Below are positions 49,609 to 59,809 of a DNA stretch of 64,000 nucleotides, in pieces (position 1 is the first letter of the stretch; every line of letters begins with the position of its first letter). The stretch covers positions 29,395-93,394 of the forward strand of contig JBIICY010000004.1 of NCBI GenBank assembly GCA_044238605.1, given 5' to 3'. This DNA comes from Patescibacteria group bacterium. Its GTDB lineage: Bacteria; Bacteroidota; Ignavibacteria; Kapaibacteriales; Kapaibacteriaceae. The translations under genes and the position numbers were made by a program. The notes under the pieces were generated by a model. That model did no database searches. It saw only the letters and a list, made by a program, of their open reading frames with translations, and was not told the DNA's origin.

Positions 49609-51401
49609 CGCAGCAGTATGATCATGTCCGTGTTGGTAAACCGCACACCATCTGTAAGACGCACGTAGTATGTCCCAGCAGGGGCCTCAGCCACGTTAAA
49701 GACTGTCTTTCCTGCGTTTGCTGGAACATTTTGCCGTGTAATCTCGCTTCCAGTAACGTCGTGAAGAATGGCTACCAACTCCTTGCCCATAAGGAAATCA
49801 GGAACACGAATACTGATTTGAGCATAGCGTCCGACTACTGGATTGGGAAATGCAAGGGGCTCTGTCCAAGGTTGCTCATGCACACGAGATGTCTTTGGCA
49901 AGATTTCAATGAGGTTCATCATGCCCCAGTCTTCGTGCATCAGAAAGTGACAATGCAGTACTGTGAGACCGTCAAACTCCTGAAACCTGTGCCGTATTGT
50001 ATAGGTGGTCTTCGGAGAGAGCCACAATACATCGCGCCATACTGGTGGACTGAGCTTCTCATTGTTGATTTTCGTGACGAGAAACTCATTTACATGAATG
50101 TGGAATGGATGATATTCTGATCCACTGTTATGAACGGTCCACTCTTCAACATCTCCAACTCGCACGGTAACGTTTACCACATCATGATTGTACGGGGCAT
50201 TGTTGATCAGAAATGTGCGCATGATTGCTGTTGAATCTACCAGCGGACTCACCGAGCGATCTTCTGAAACGGTAATCTCACGAGTTCCTGTAATCTCACT
50301 GTCAAGAATGGGTCCGCTTATACACGGTGCAGGCAGCCGCTTCGGCATCTGCATGGGAGGTTCAACCGAGGTGCCTTCTACAACAAGGTCTATCGCAAGC
50401 CGAGTGGCAGTAGTTGTAAATGTGCGGTCGATAGTCGTAAGCTCAACAACATACTGTCCAGCGCTAGTTGGTGCGTTGACGAGCACATCAGACCGTCCAC
50501 CCGTCGGTATAACAACAGACTCCACAGTCTTTGCTGCATCATAGTACAGTCCGTCGATGGCAATTTCGCTCTGTGGCACAACAGCAGTATCTGAGCCACT
50601 GATGCGCAGCCATCGAAGCTTCACGAGCGGCTCGTACGTTGCATTGATTAATCTCCAACGCTGAATTTCACCAGGCCGCATCGACATTGTTCCACGAACT
50701 GCTCCGTTTACAAGTACAGGAGTTTCAATACCCATAACTGGTCGGTTGGCGGTGGCCGCACGAAGTCGGCGTGGCTTGGGTACAGCATTTGTCGTTGTGT
50801 CTACCATGAACATTGAAAACATCAGTACACGATCTTGATAGCCACGCAGGATAGGATCAGTTAGAGCCGGATCAGATGGATCTTCAACAATAAGTGTTCC
50901 GGCAACCGAGCTGGATCCCTGGTAAAAGGAAGCTGTGTGATGGTGGGGGTGATACCAGTGCGTGCCGCTGGAGTGGTTTTTAGGAACGATGATTTCGTAA
51001 TCAAACGACTCGCCTGGCAGGATCGAACGCAGAACGTTGTCGGAGGAGCCCTTGGGCGATACGTTGAGTCCGTGGGTATGGAGGTTCGTTGTATTCACCC
51101 GCTGTGGATAGTTGCCCTGATCTGTACTGTCCTGGTCAGAATTGGGAGGGAGCTGGTTGTTCAGGCGAATGCGCAGGGTATCGCCCGGATACACGCGCCA
51201 TATCGAACCCGGTACTCTGCCGTTATACGTGGCAGCCGTAAAGGTGCGCCCTGCAGCGCTAACTAATGACTCTTTCAGGGTAAGCGTATCTGAAAGGAGC
51301 CCCCTAACCGAGCGTACCGATTTCGGTTGCGGGATTTCGCCGCCGATGCAAAAAGCGTGTGAGGCAAGAGCTATTGCGATGGTTAATCGTGCGATAACCA
51401 T
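49605..51401 (-). CDS. Multicopper oxidase (laccase/CopA-like) with a T9SS C-terminal sorting domain
   Basis: Copper ligand motifs HTHG, WYHPHHH, HPFHIHVNEF and HCHFLMHEDWGMM. C-terminal CTD ...LAFPNPVVGRYAQISIRVPD ... YYVRLTDGVRFTNTDMIILLR. Confidence 0.8.
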   Translation of the reverse strand: MVIARLTIAIALASHAFCIGGEIPQPKSVRSVRGLLSDTLTLKESLVSAAGRTFTAATYNGRVPGSIWRVYPGDTLRIRLNNQLPPNSDQDSTDQGNYPQRVNTTNLHTHGLNVSPKGSSDNVLRSILPGESFDYEIIVPKNHSSGTHWYHPHHHTASFYQGSSSVAGTLIVEDPSDPALTDPILRGYQDRVLMFSMFMVDTTTNAVPKPRRLRAATANRPVMGIETPVLVNGAVRGTMSMRPGEIQRWRLINATYEPLVKLRWLRISGSDTAVVPQSEIAIDGLYYDAAKTVESVVIPTGGRSDVLVNAPTSAGQYVVELTTIDRTFTTTATRLAIDLVVEGTSVEPPMQMPKRLPAPCISGPILDSEITGTREITVSEDRSVSPLVDSTAIMRTFLINNAPYNHDVVNVTVRVGDVEEWTVHNSGSEYHPFHIHVNEFLVTKINNEKLSPPVWRDVLWLSPKTTYTIRHRFQEFDGLTVLHCHFLMHEDWGMMNLIEILPKTSRVHEQPWTEPLAFPNPVVGRYAQISIRVPDFLMGKELVAILHDVTGSEITRQNVPANAGKTVFNVAEAPAGTYYVRLTDGVRFTNTDMIILLR

Positions 51402-51406
51402 AGACG

Positions 51407-53254
51407 CTACCTAGCCTTTGCATAAAACACTGCGTTGCGTAGTGCCTTCTGTTCCGGTGTAGGTGAAGGATTGATCTCGATAAAGTGATACTCTTTGACG
51501 TCGAGCGTGCGTGCAGCCCCTTTGAGCTCAACAAGAGCGCCGTTGCGCGAAACTGTCATTGTCATTTCATCACCAAGTTTAGGACTACGGAACTTCGCAA
51601 GCTTCTGACGTCCTTCGGCGGACTGAAACGCCTCTTCCATCGCCATCCCCTCAATTGACACCACAACGTCGCCATCTTCAACCTTCATAGGGTTTTCAGC
51701 GGACGTTGTGCGCAGAACCAGCGATGGTTTGCCGTCGGCCATCGAAAAGTCTCCCTTGAATCCGAATCCTGGTTCCTGCTTGGTCTTTTCTGCAGTGTAA
51801 CTCCAGCCGATCTTAGCGAACATTTCTGCTGCTGGGATTCGTGAAGTGCCTTTGACATAGGTATCGAGATACCTGCGCACAGTTGCGTTGGTGATCTTCT
51901 CTATGTGATCAAAAAGCTCGTCGTCGTTAAATGGTTTGTTCGGCCCGAACTGCTTCATAAGTGTGAGCACAACATCGAGCAGACCTTGTTTGCCCCCTGA
52001 AGCATCACGAATTGCGATGTCAAGCAGGAATGCATTTACAGCGCCGTAGGTGTAAACCTTGCCGTAGTATTCGTGATACTCGTCCGAAAGCACATTTTTT
52101 GAAAATGTGGTAAGTGAAAACTCTTTGGGCAGATCCTCATCATCACGCAGCTTCTGCTGGATTTCGCGCTTAAACGACTCTTCCTTAATTGTGCTGTCGT
52201 GCAAAGGGGCAAGTGTTGCGAAGTACTCTGTTGTGCCTTCGTAGAGCCAGAGGTGCTGACTCATCTTTGGTGTGCGAAAGTCGAACGCGTCGATCTCTAC
52301 GCTGTGGAGGTTAAGAGGCACAAGTATGTGGAAGAACTCGTGAACGGCGATCTCGCGGAGTCCGAGCGGACGTTTCTGGAAACCGAGAAAGTAAAACGAG
52401 CTTTGATTATGCTCGAGAGCTCCCATTGCAAAGGGCTTGGAAACTTTTGATCGGTCGCCGCGCCAGAGGTAGAACAGAAAAGCATATCTGTTTACAGGCA
52501 TCGACGGCAGGAACTTTGCAATGGTGGTTGTAAACTTTGCAAGTTCCTTTGCATAGGCCGGTGCAACTGTGTCCAAACCCGAATGCGCGCAATGCACAAG
52601 CACATCAACACCCTCGATGCTATAGGTGGCAGTATCCGGCAGGGAGTAGAGCACGGGCGAGTCTACGAGCTCGTCATAGGAGCGTGCTGCATAGACATCC
52701 AAACTGGGGCTAACACGCTCGATGGAGAGCGCGCTCCCGCCCCAAAGATGTGCAGGCTTGTGAACAGCAACTTTGTATTCTCGTTTCTGCATTCCGTCCA
52801 CGTACGGAATTGTCCCTCCATGATTGAGCACAAAAATGCTATCGGCCTCCCATCCTGTACCGGCTGGTGCGAAGATGTCTACCTTACCCGTTGTATCGTC
52901 AAATGAGTCTTCAAGTTCATAGGTAATGTATCGAAGCTCCCTAGCATTGCGGACAACAAACTGCGAATCGATGCTACGTTCTACCACCAGTGATCGGTGG
53001 TTGCGGTCATAGGCCCTGAAGTTCTCGACTAGCCGCCACCAGAAGTGTTCCTCGTATGTGCCCGGCACCGTTACGGGAAAGACAAACGTTGCCGAATCCG
53101 ACGTAATCGCTGGAGGCCAGAGCATTACACGCAGACGGTCGTTTGTAACGTTCTGGAGATCGATATCAACACGATAGCGGTCTGACTGTGAGTAGGCCGC
53201 GACACTAGTGAATGTTAGAAGCAGAGCTAAGAGCAGTCGGGATAGGTTATTCAT
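51407..53254 (-). CDS. M61-family (glycyl aminopeptidase-like) zinc metallopeptidase with a C-terminal PDZ domain
   Basis: Signal peptide MNNLSRLLLALLLTFTSVAAYSQ, zinc motif AVHEFFHILVP (HExxH), C-terminal PDZ-like GDVVVSIEG. Confidence 0.55.
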   Translation of the reverse strand: MNNLSRLLLALLLTFTSVAAYSQSDRYRVDIDLQNVTNDRLRVMLWPPAITSDSATFVFPVTVPGTYEEHFWWRLVENFRAYDRNHRSLVVERSIDSQFVVRNARELRYITYELEDSFDDTTGKVDIFAPAGTGWEADSIFVLNHGGTIPYVDGMQKREYKVAVHKPAHLWGGSALSIERVSPSLDVYAARSYDELVDSPVLYSLPDTATYSIEGVDVLVHCAHSGLDTVAPAYAKELAKFTTTIAKFLPSMPVNRYAFLFYLWRGDRSKVSKPFAMGALEHNQSSFYFLGFQKRPLGLREIAVHEFFHILVPLNLHSVEIDAFDFRTPKMSQHLWLYEGTTEYFATLAPLHDSTIKEESFKREIQQKLRDDEDLPKEFSLTTFSKNVLSDEYHEYYGKVYTYGAVNAFLLDIAIRDASGGKQGLLDVVLTLMKQFGPNKPFNDDELFDHIEKITNATVRRYLDTYVKGTSRIPAAEMFAKIGWSYTAEKTKQEPGFGFKGDFSMADGKPSLVLRTTSAENPMKVEDGDVVVSIEGMAMEEAFQSAEGRQKLAKFRSPKLGDEMTMTVSRNGALVELKGAARTLDVKEYHFIEINPSPTPEQKALRNAVFYAKAR

Positions 53255-53286
53255 GGTTCTTTGACAGATAATCAGTTTGGTGAGTT

Positions 53287-54474
53287 TCAGCATTGGTTAA
53301 GGCTAGCCCAGAGTGCACAATGCACGCCCCATGCTTCAACAGTGTTAGCTACTACAGTGTGCCAGTAGTTTGCGGCAGGTTGTTCGCGGAGCCGCTGTGC
53401 GGAAAGCAGGATGTTCTTTTGCGTATGCTCCTGTGAGATAAACTCTTCAAGATGGGCATCATAGCCCTTCCACCGGAGGATATCACGCCGCATGGTGTCT
53501 GTCACGAGATCTCCTAGACGTTCTTTGGTGATACCGTCATCGAGAAGCGGACGCACCGATTCTGGTACGCGATCTTTATGAAGTTGTTTCTGGACGTAAT
53601 GATGACAGCAGGGGGCAATCAGCATCCGTTCGGCAGAAAGACGAAGACCCAACTCGATTGCCTGGTCTGTGGCTGTGTCGCATGCATGCAGCGCAATAAG
53701 CAGATCGCACGACGAAACACCCATGATGTCTAGGGCCGAGCGAATATCCGATACAACAAAGCTTGCATCTGTAAACCCCATCTCACGAGCAACATGCTCG
53801 CACTGCCTGATCACATGCTCGTTTGAATCAATTCCAATAAGCCGAACCTTGCGCCCCATTCGCTCCAGAACGTACATCAGCGATAGCGACAAGTAGGCCT
53901 TCCCACATCCAGCATCCACAATAACAAACTCGCTGCTCTCTGCTCTCTGCTCGCTGCTTGCTGCTCGCTGCTCGCTGCTCACTACTCGTGCAAGCAAGTG
54001 ATTGACCTGACGAAACTTATCGGCCATGGCAGTAAGGATCTGTCCATTTTCGGAAGCTAAGCCCATCAGATGCAGGAACCCGCAGTCTTCTGAAGGCGCC
54101 AGCAGGCGCTGTTTTACTCTGTCCGACGTTACCGATTCCCAGTGCGTGCGACTGGCTGCCGCATGCTTTACTGCTACCTCAACACGATCGTGCTTGAAAC
54201 TGCGCAGCACATGAACATCCTGGGATGGGGTCTGAACAAGAATTTGCCGAAATGAATCAGCAAGCAGTGCTGACAGCGCTTTGTCAAGGTTATCCACAGG
54301 TTCTTGCGAGGGGGCCGTGAACGACTGTTTGGCCGTAAACGACTCTACTCGCAGGCGCCATCGGCCGTCTTCTCGTTCTGCACGAACGACGGCTTTTGTC
54401 CATTGAGAGTTCTTGAGTGGACGCGAAAACGTGGCAACAAAGGCATCGGCCCCTGACAGCAGTTCAGTTAACAT
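53287..54474 (-). CDS. Class I SAM-dependent methyltransferase carrying an in-frame SSEQRA low-complexity insertion
   Basis: Motif I FVIVDAGCGKAYLSLSL, motif II LIGIDSN, post-II LLIALHACDTATD. Immediately before motif I comes ARVVSSEQRAASSEQRAESSE, encoded by the heptamer array. Confidence 0.65.
   Translation of the reverse strand: MLTELLSGADAFVATFSRPLKNSQWTKAVVRAEREDGRWRLRVESFTAKQSFTAPSQEPVDNLDKALSALLADSFRQILVQTPSQDVHVLRSFKHDRVEVAVKHAAASRTHWESVTSDRVKQRLLAPSEDCGFLHLMGLASENGQILTAMADKFRQVNHLLARVVSSEQRAASSEQRAESSEFVIVDAGCGKAYLSLSLMYVLERMGRKVRLIGIDSNEHVIRQCEHVAREMGFTDASFVVSDIRSALDIMGVSSCDLLIALHACDTATDQAIELGLRLSAERMLIAPCCHHYVQKQLHKDRVPESVRPLLDDGITKERLGDLVTDTMRRDILRWKGYDAHLEEFISQEHTQKNILLSAQRLREQPAANYWHTVVANTVEAWGVHCALWASLNQC
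53929..53991. repeat. Heptamer array CTCKCTG (7-9 units) inside the methyltransferase coding sequence
   Basis: ctcgctg ctctctg ctctctg ctcgctg cttgctg ctcgctg ctcgctg ctcacta ctcgtgc. It is the same family as the arrays at 39237 and 44072. Confidence 0.7.
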
Positions 54475-54533
54475 TCCACAAAACTACGCCCTTCGTACTT
54501 TTGTGGTTTCCTTTACGCCCCCTTACAGACTCA

Positions 54534-57059
54534 ATGACTTCACGCCAGATACGACAGACGTTTCTCGAGTTTTTCGAAGCTCGCCAACACCGCATCGTTC
54601 CCTCAGCTCCGGTTATCCCGCACGGAGATCCAACTCTGCTGTTTACCAATGCTGGTATGAATCAGTTCAAGGATGTCTTCCTTGGAACAGGCAAGCGCGA
54701 CTTTACCCGTGCAGCTGATACGCAAAAGTGTGTGCGCGTCTCTGGCAAACACAATGACCTGGAAGAAGTTGGGTACGACACATACCACCACACGTTTTTC
54801 GAAATGTTAGGCAACTGGAGCTTTGGAGATTACTTCAAGCAAGAGGCCATTGCATGGTCATGGGAACTGCTGACTGATGTCTACAAACTGCCGAAGAACA
54901 GACTTCATGCAACCGTCTATCGTACCGATGATGAGTCGTTCGAGATCTGGAAGAAGTATCTGCCCGTAGAACAGATCCATCGGTTCGATGAAAAAGATAA
55001 TTTCTGGGAAATGGGCGATACAGGTCCTTGCGGTCCGTGCACGGAGATCCATTTCGACAGAACACCAGACCGCACCGGCGGGCCCCTTGTGAACGCAGGT
55101 GTGCCAGAGGTGATCGAGATCTGGAACAACGTGTTTATCCAATACAACCGCAATGCAGACGGCTCCCTGAGTGATCTGCCTTCGAAGCACGTTGATACTG
55201 GTATGGGTTTTGAACGCCTTTGCGCGGTGATGCAGGGTAAGGATTCGAACTACGACACCGATGTCTTTCAGCCGATAATCGCCTACACAGAAGACTTGTG
55301 TGGACGTAGCTACCGCACTGAGCTTGAAAACCCGGATGGCGTTGCGATGCGCGTGATTGCTGATCACATTCGCACATTGTCGTTCGCCATCGCTGATGGT
55401 GCTATTCCAGGGAATGAAGGACGCGGCTATGTGCTTCGGCGCATTCTCCGCAGAGCTGCCCGCTATGCACGTAATCTTGGACTTACCGAACCCGTCTTGT
55501 GGAAGCACGTTCACATCCTGTGCGACACTATGGGCGATGTTTTTCCAGAGTTGCCCGAACGCCGGGAACTCATCGAAAAGATCATTCGCGCAGAGGAAGA
55601 GTCGTTCCTTGCCACGCTCGACCGTGGCCTACAGCGATTTGATCTGATCTCGACCTCAAGCACCGTCGTAAGTGGTGCTGATGCATTTGAACTCTACGAC
55701 ACGTTTGGTTTCCCACTAGACCTAACGCAGCTCATTGCCAGAGAGCGTGGACTCGAGGTAGACATAGACGGTTACAATACGTTGCTCGACGAGCAGCGGG
55801 CTCGTTCGCGTGCAGCTAGGAAGTCTGTTCTCCAGCAGGCATCAACCGAGTCTATCGATGCAATGTCACGTTTTACAGGGTATAACGGCACAGAGACTTC
55901 AGGAGAGGTTCTCTACGTTCAAGGCAATTCCATCGTGCTGGATCAAACACCGTTTTATGCTGAAATGGGCGGTCAGGTTTCCGATACAGGTATCATCACT
56001 GTAGGGGGCTCGCAGTACCGTGTGGAAGACGTGCGCAAAGTTGGTGATGCCATCGTGCACGTTTGTGAAACAGAGATCGACGCAGTTGTTGGTGATGTAG
56101 CAAAGGCAACGCTTGATGTTGCGCGCCGGCGTGATGTTGAAAGGGAACACTCGGTTACGCACCTGCTTCACGAGGCACTTCGCAGAGTGCTCGGTACACA
56201 CGTGCAGCAGTCGGGCTCACTTGTAGAGCCGGAGAGACTGCGGTTTGACTTTGCACACTTCGAGCGCATGCGAGACGATGAGATCGCTGCCGTAGAGGAA
56301 ATGGTGAACGAAAAAATCTTTGAGTCTATCGCTGTCCATACCGAAGAGATGACCATCGAAAAGGCACGTTCGGTGCCAGGTGCGAAAATGTTCTTTGGAG
56401 ATAAGTACGGTGATTCTGTACGGGTGGTGTTTATCGACGAGAACTTCTCTGTTGAGTTCTGCGGAGGAACCCATGTGCGCAACACGGCAGAGATTGGCCT
56501 ATTCAAGATTATCAGCGAATCGAGCGTAGCGAGCGGCGTGCGCCGTATTGAAGCCATTGCCGGACGCAGCATGCCGCTCTGGCTTAAGGAACAGCACCGC
56601 ACTGCAGACAACCTGCGCGACGATATCGCACGTCAGGCAGAGAAGATCCGTCAGCTCGAAAAAGAGCTCGCCTCATACAAGGTTGATGAGCTCAAGACGG
56701 TGATTCCCGACATGATTTCTTCTGCGCAGCACCTGGACGGATATCAACTGGCGGTGCGCCGCATTGATGGTGTTGAAATGGATCAGCTCAAGACCTTGGG
56801 CGATGAGCTCCGTTCGGCGCTCAAGACACAGGGTATCGGTCTGTTAGCATCGGTAGCCGACGATAAGGTACAGCTTGTCTGTGTTGTTACAGACGACCTC
56901 ACCAAGTCTAAACCAGCGGGCAAGATCGTTGGTGCAGTTGCAAAGGAGCTAGGCGGGGGCGGCGGAGGCAAGCCTCACATGGCTACGGCAGGGGGCAAGG
57001 ACATTCAACAGCTAGATGCCGTACTTTCGAACATTCCAACATTGGTTTCAACAATCTAA
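54534..57059 (+). CDS. alaS: Alanine--tRNA ligase
   Basis: MTSRQIRQTFLEFFEARQHRIVPSAPV ... FTNAGMNQFK, editing-domain HxxxH motifs, and a C-terminal DHHA1 GGGGGKPHMA. The internal Met is preferred because the track start overlaps the divergent methyltransferase gene. Confidence 0.9.
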   Translation: MTSRQIRQTFLEFFEARQHRIVPSAPVIPHGDPTLLFTNAGMNQFKDVFLGTGKRDFTRAADTQKCVRVSGKHNDLEEVGYDTYHHTFFEMLGNWSFGDYFKQEAIAWSWELLTDVYKLPKNRLHATVYRTDDESFEIWKKYLPVEQIHRFDEKDNFWEMGDTGPCGPCTEIHFDRTPDRTGGPLVNAGVPEVIEIWNNVFIQYNRNADGSLSDLPSKHVDTGMGFERLCAVMQGKDSNYDTDVFQPIIAYTEDLCGRSYRTELENPDGVAMRVIADHIRTLSFAIADGAIPGNEGRGYVLRRILRRAARYARNLGLTEPVLWKHVHILCDTMGDVFPELPERRELIEKIIRAEEESFLATLDRGLQRFDLISTSSTVVSGADAFELYDTFGFPLDLTQLIARERGLEVDIDGYNTLLDEQRARSRAARKSVLQQASTESIDAMSRFTGYNGTETSGEVLYVQGNSIVLDQTPFYAEMGGQVSDTGIITVGGSQYRVEDVRKVGDAIVHVCETEIDAVVGDVAKATLDVARRRDVEREHSVTHLLHEALRRVLGTHVQQSGSLVEPERLRFDFAHFERMRDDEIAAVEEMVNEKIFESIAVHTEEMTIEKARSVPGAKMFFGDKYGDSVRVVFIDENFSVEFCGGTHVRNTAEIGLFKIISESSVASGVRRIEAIAGRSMPLWLKEQHRTADNLRDDIARQAEKIRQLEKELASYKVDELKTVIPDMISSAQHLDGYQLAVRRIDGVEMDQLKTLGDELRSALKTQGIGLLASVADDKVQLVCVVTDDLTKSKPAGKIVGAVAKELGGGGGGKPHMATAGGKDIQQLDAVLSNIPTLVSTI

Positions 57060-57071
57060 TCAGGTACTACC

Positions 57072-57446
57072 ATGTCAAATTCCTACGAAGCAGTTGGTAC
57101 GCTTCACTTCCTCACGGAAACACAGCAGGTGAAGGACACCTTCCGCAAGCGCGAATTCGTGCTTGAAATTCAGGATGGCAACTATCCGCAGCATATCAAG
57201 TTTCAGGTAACGCAGGATCGCTGCGCCATCCTTGACAGCTATAAGGTTGGACAACAGCTCAAGGTGATGTTTAATCTCCGTGGCCGCCCCTTCCAGAATA
57301 AGGACGGACAGACACTCTACTTTACCAACCTCGAAGCATGGCGCGTCGAAGCTGCTGGAGCACCAGCCCCTACAACAACGGATTACTCGCAGATCTCAGC
57401 TGCTAATCCTGGCGCAAAAGACGATTTTGACGATGTGCCGTTTTAG
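57072..57446 (+). CDS. DUF3127-family protein
   Basis: FRKREFVLEIQDGNYPQHIKFQVTQDR ... LKVMFNLRGRPF ... WRVEA matches the DUF3127 pattern, with an acidic C-terminal tail. Confidence 0.6.
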   Translation: MSNSYEAVGTLHFLTETQQVKDTFRKREFVLEIQDGNYPQHIKFQVTQDRCAILDSYKVGQQLKVMFNLRGRPFQNKDGQTLYFTNLEAWRVEAAGAPAPTTTDYSQISAANPGAKDDFDDVPF

Positions 57447-57496
57447 TGCAATGCTGACAGACGTCGGTATCACCTGATGATTCACTGAACAACACC

Positions 57497-58771
57497 ATGA
57501 ACGAACGAATTCTTCTGATCGGGTCAGGCGGACGTGAGCACGCACTTGCAAAGGCACTGGTATCATCCGACTCATGCGAAAAGCTGTGGGTAGCTCCCGG
57601 CAATCCAGGCATTGCGCGCGAAGCCGAGTGCGTTTCACTGCGGGTTGACGATCATGAAGCGATAGAGCGATTCTGTTCGCGCAACGATGTATCGCTCGTT
57701 GTGATAGGTCCGGAGCAGCCCCTTGCCGAGGGGCTTTCAGATTTTCTCCGCGAAGAAGGCATCGATGTCTTTGGTCCGTCGAAAGCTGCTGCACAGCTCG
57801 AAACCTCTAAAGGCTTCTCAAAAGACTTTATGCAACGGCACGGCATACCAACTGCGCCGTATCGGCGTTACAACGCCATGCAGCATGATGACGCTCGCTC
57901 CTATGCCGCAGCGCATGAGTTGCCTGTTGTGATCAAGTATGACGGACTTGCTGCAGGTAAGGGAGTGGTTGTTGCTACAACGCATGCAGAAGCTCTTGAT
58001 GCAATCGATTTCATGTATGCTGGCGCCTTTGGAACAGACGGCGTTGTGATCGAAGGATTCCTGAGTGGCCAAGAAGCCAGCGTGTTTGCTATATGCGATG
58101 GTCAAACGTTTGTAACGCTTGCACCAGCTCAAGATCACAAGCGCGTTGGCGATGGAGACACGGGCAAGAACACCGGAGGCATGGGCGCATATGCTCCAGC
58201 ACCTATCGTTACACCTGTCGTGCTTGCACGTGTGCATGAGCAGATCGTTCAGCCCGTGCTCGATGGTATGTACAATGAGGGTATGCCGTTTGTTGGGTGC
58301 TTGTTCTGCGGCTTAATGATCAACGAACTAGGCGAGCCATCGGTTGTTGAGTTTAACGTCCGCTTTGGCGACCCCGAAACGCAGGCCGTGATGAGCGTAC
58401 TCAGCGCCGACACCGCAGCATTGTTTGCATCGGCTGCCAGGAGTAGCTTGGATGCAACGACAATATCATCTGTTGCGATTGGTTATGCCTGTAACGTGGT
58501 TCTTGCATCGGCAGGATATCCAGATGCATTTGAGAAGGGGCTGGATATTAGCGGCATAGACGATGCGGAATCGGATCCATATGTAACAGTCTACCATGCT
58601 GGCACAAAGGATGCAGATGGTAGTCTCGTAACCAATGGTGGACGTGTACTTGGCGTAACGGCGATAGGAGACACGCTTGAGCAGGCCGTTAGCAGGTCCT
58701 ATGCGGCCGTTTCAAAGATTTCGTACGATACCAAGTATTACAGAACAGACATTGCAAAGAAGGCCTTGTGA
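57497..58771 (+). CDS. purD: Phosphoribosylamine--glycine ligase
   Basis: MNERILLIGSGGREHALAKAL with an ATP-grasp core. Confidence 0.9.
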   Translation: MNERILLIGSGGREHALAKALVSSDSCEKLWVAPGNPGIAREAECVSLRVDDHEAIERFCSRNDVSLVVIGPEQPLAEGLSDFLREEGIDVFGPSKAAAQLETSKGFSKDFMQRHGIPTAPYRRYNAMQHDDARSYAAAHELPVVIKYDGLAAGKGVVVATTHAEALDAIDFMYAGAFGTDGVVIEGFLSGQEASVFAICDGQTFVTLAPAQDHKRVGDGDTGKNTGGMGAYAPAPIVTPVVLARVHEQIVQPVLDGMYNEGMPFVGCLFCGLMINELGEPSVVEFNVRFGDPETQAVMSVLSADTAALFASAARSSLDATTISSVAIGYACNVVLASAGYPDAFEKGLDISGIDDAESDPYVTVYHAGTKDADGSLVTNGGRVLGVTAIGDTLEQAVSRSYAAVSKISYDTKYYRTDIAKKAL

Positions 58772-59682
58772 AAATTCTCGTAACCGGTGGGGCGGGTTTT
58801 ATCGGCTCACACGTTGCTGAAGCATATCTGTGTGCAGGCCATACTGTTGATATCATCGACAACCTATCGATGGGATATCAAGAGAACGTACCGGCAGGTG
58901 CAACCTTCTACAACATGGACATCACATCGGATGCGTGTACAGAGCTGATACTCAATGGCGCCTATGATGCGATAAACCACCATGCCGCGCACATGGAGCT
59001 TCGTGTAAGTGTTGAGAAGCCGGTGCACGATGCTGGAATAAACATTCTGGGGTCGTTGCGGATCTTCGAAGCCGCCCGAAAATCAGGCGTGCAGCACGTG
59101 ATCACAGCATCTACTACAGCCGTTCTGGGTGAATTCGTCAACCTTCCAGCCGATGAAACACATCCGGTCTGCCCCATAGCGCCATACGGCGTTTCAAAGA
59201 GGGCGATGGAGATCTATGCCGAATATGAGCGCATTGTGCACGGCATGAGCATTACCATCCTTCGGTACACAAACGTTTACGGTCCACGTCAGAACCCCCA
59301 CGGCGAGTCGGGTGTGATTGCCATCTTCCTAGAAAAGTTTCTGCGCAATGAGATTCCGACGATCCATGGAGACGGTTCTCAAGAGCGTGACTATATCCAT
59401 GTGGACGATGTCGCAAGAGCCAACCTTGCAGCTCTTGAATACAAGCCACAAGGCACATACCATATCTGTCGGAACGGGGCTGCAAGTGTAAACGATGTTG
59501 TTACGGCATTGCGTTCTGCACTTGGAAGAGACTATCCAGTGAATAATGGTCCGGCAAAGCCCGGAGACCCAGCGAAAACACGTGGGTCGCACCATCTGTT
59601 CAGTAGTGTAACAGGGTGGTCACCATCAATAGATCTTGCACCGGGAATTCTTGAGACGGCAGATTGGTTTATGCGCAAATGA
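58768..59682 (+). CDS. NAD-dependent epimerase/dehydratase (UDP-sugar 4-epimerase-like)
   Basis: MKILVTGGAGFIGSHV and a YxxxK active site. A 4-nt overlap with purD. Confidence 0.8.
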   Translation: MKILVTGGAGFIGSHVAEAYLCAGHTVDIIDNLSMGYQENVPAGATFYNMDITSDACTELILNGAYDAINHHAAHMELRVSVEKPVHDAGINILGSLRIFEAARKSGVQHVITASTTAVLGEFVNLPADETHPVCPIAPYGVSKRAMEIYAEYERIVHGMSITILRYTNVYGPRQNPHGESGVIAIFLEKFLRNEIPTIHGDGSQERDYIHVDDVARANLAALEYKPQGTYHICRNGAASVNDVVTALRSALGRDYPVNNGPAKPGDPAKTRGSHHLFSSVTGWSPSIDLAPGILETADWFMRK

Positions 59683-59809
59683 TGATGGTTATCCACACCA
59701 ATCCTCGAAAAAGATCTGCACAGGAACCCTCTTGTTTTTTCACATGGCAAGTTGATCGTATTTTGGCGCCACTTGACTTGGACTATCTCATTTCACGAGG
59801 TTCACACAC

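Noticed and set aside
59683-59809. Promoter-like TTGACT / TATTTTGG elements upstream of the cytochrome c-cox operon
   Set aside because: The spacing and match to either the sigma70 or the Bacteroidota -33/-7 consensus were not convincing enough to report as a feature.
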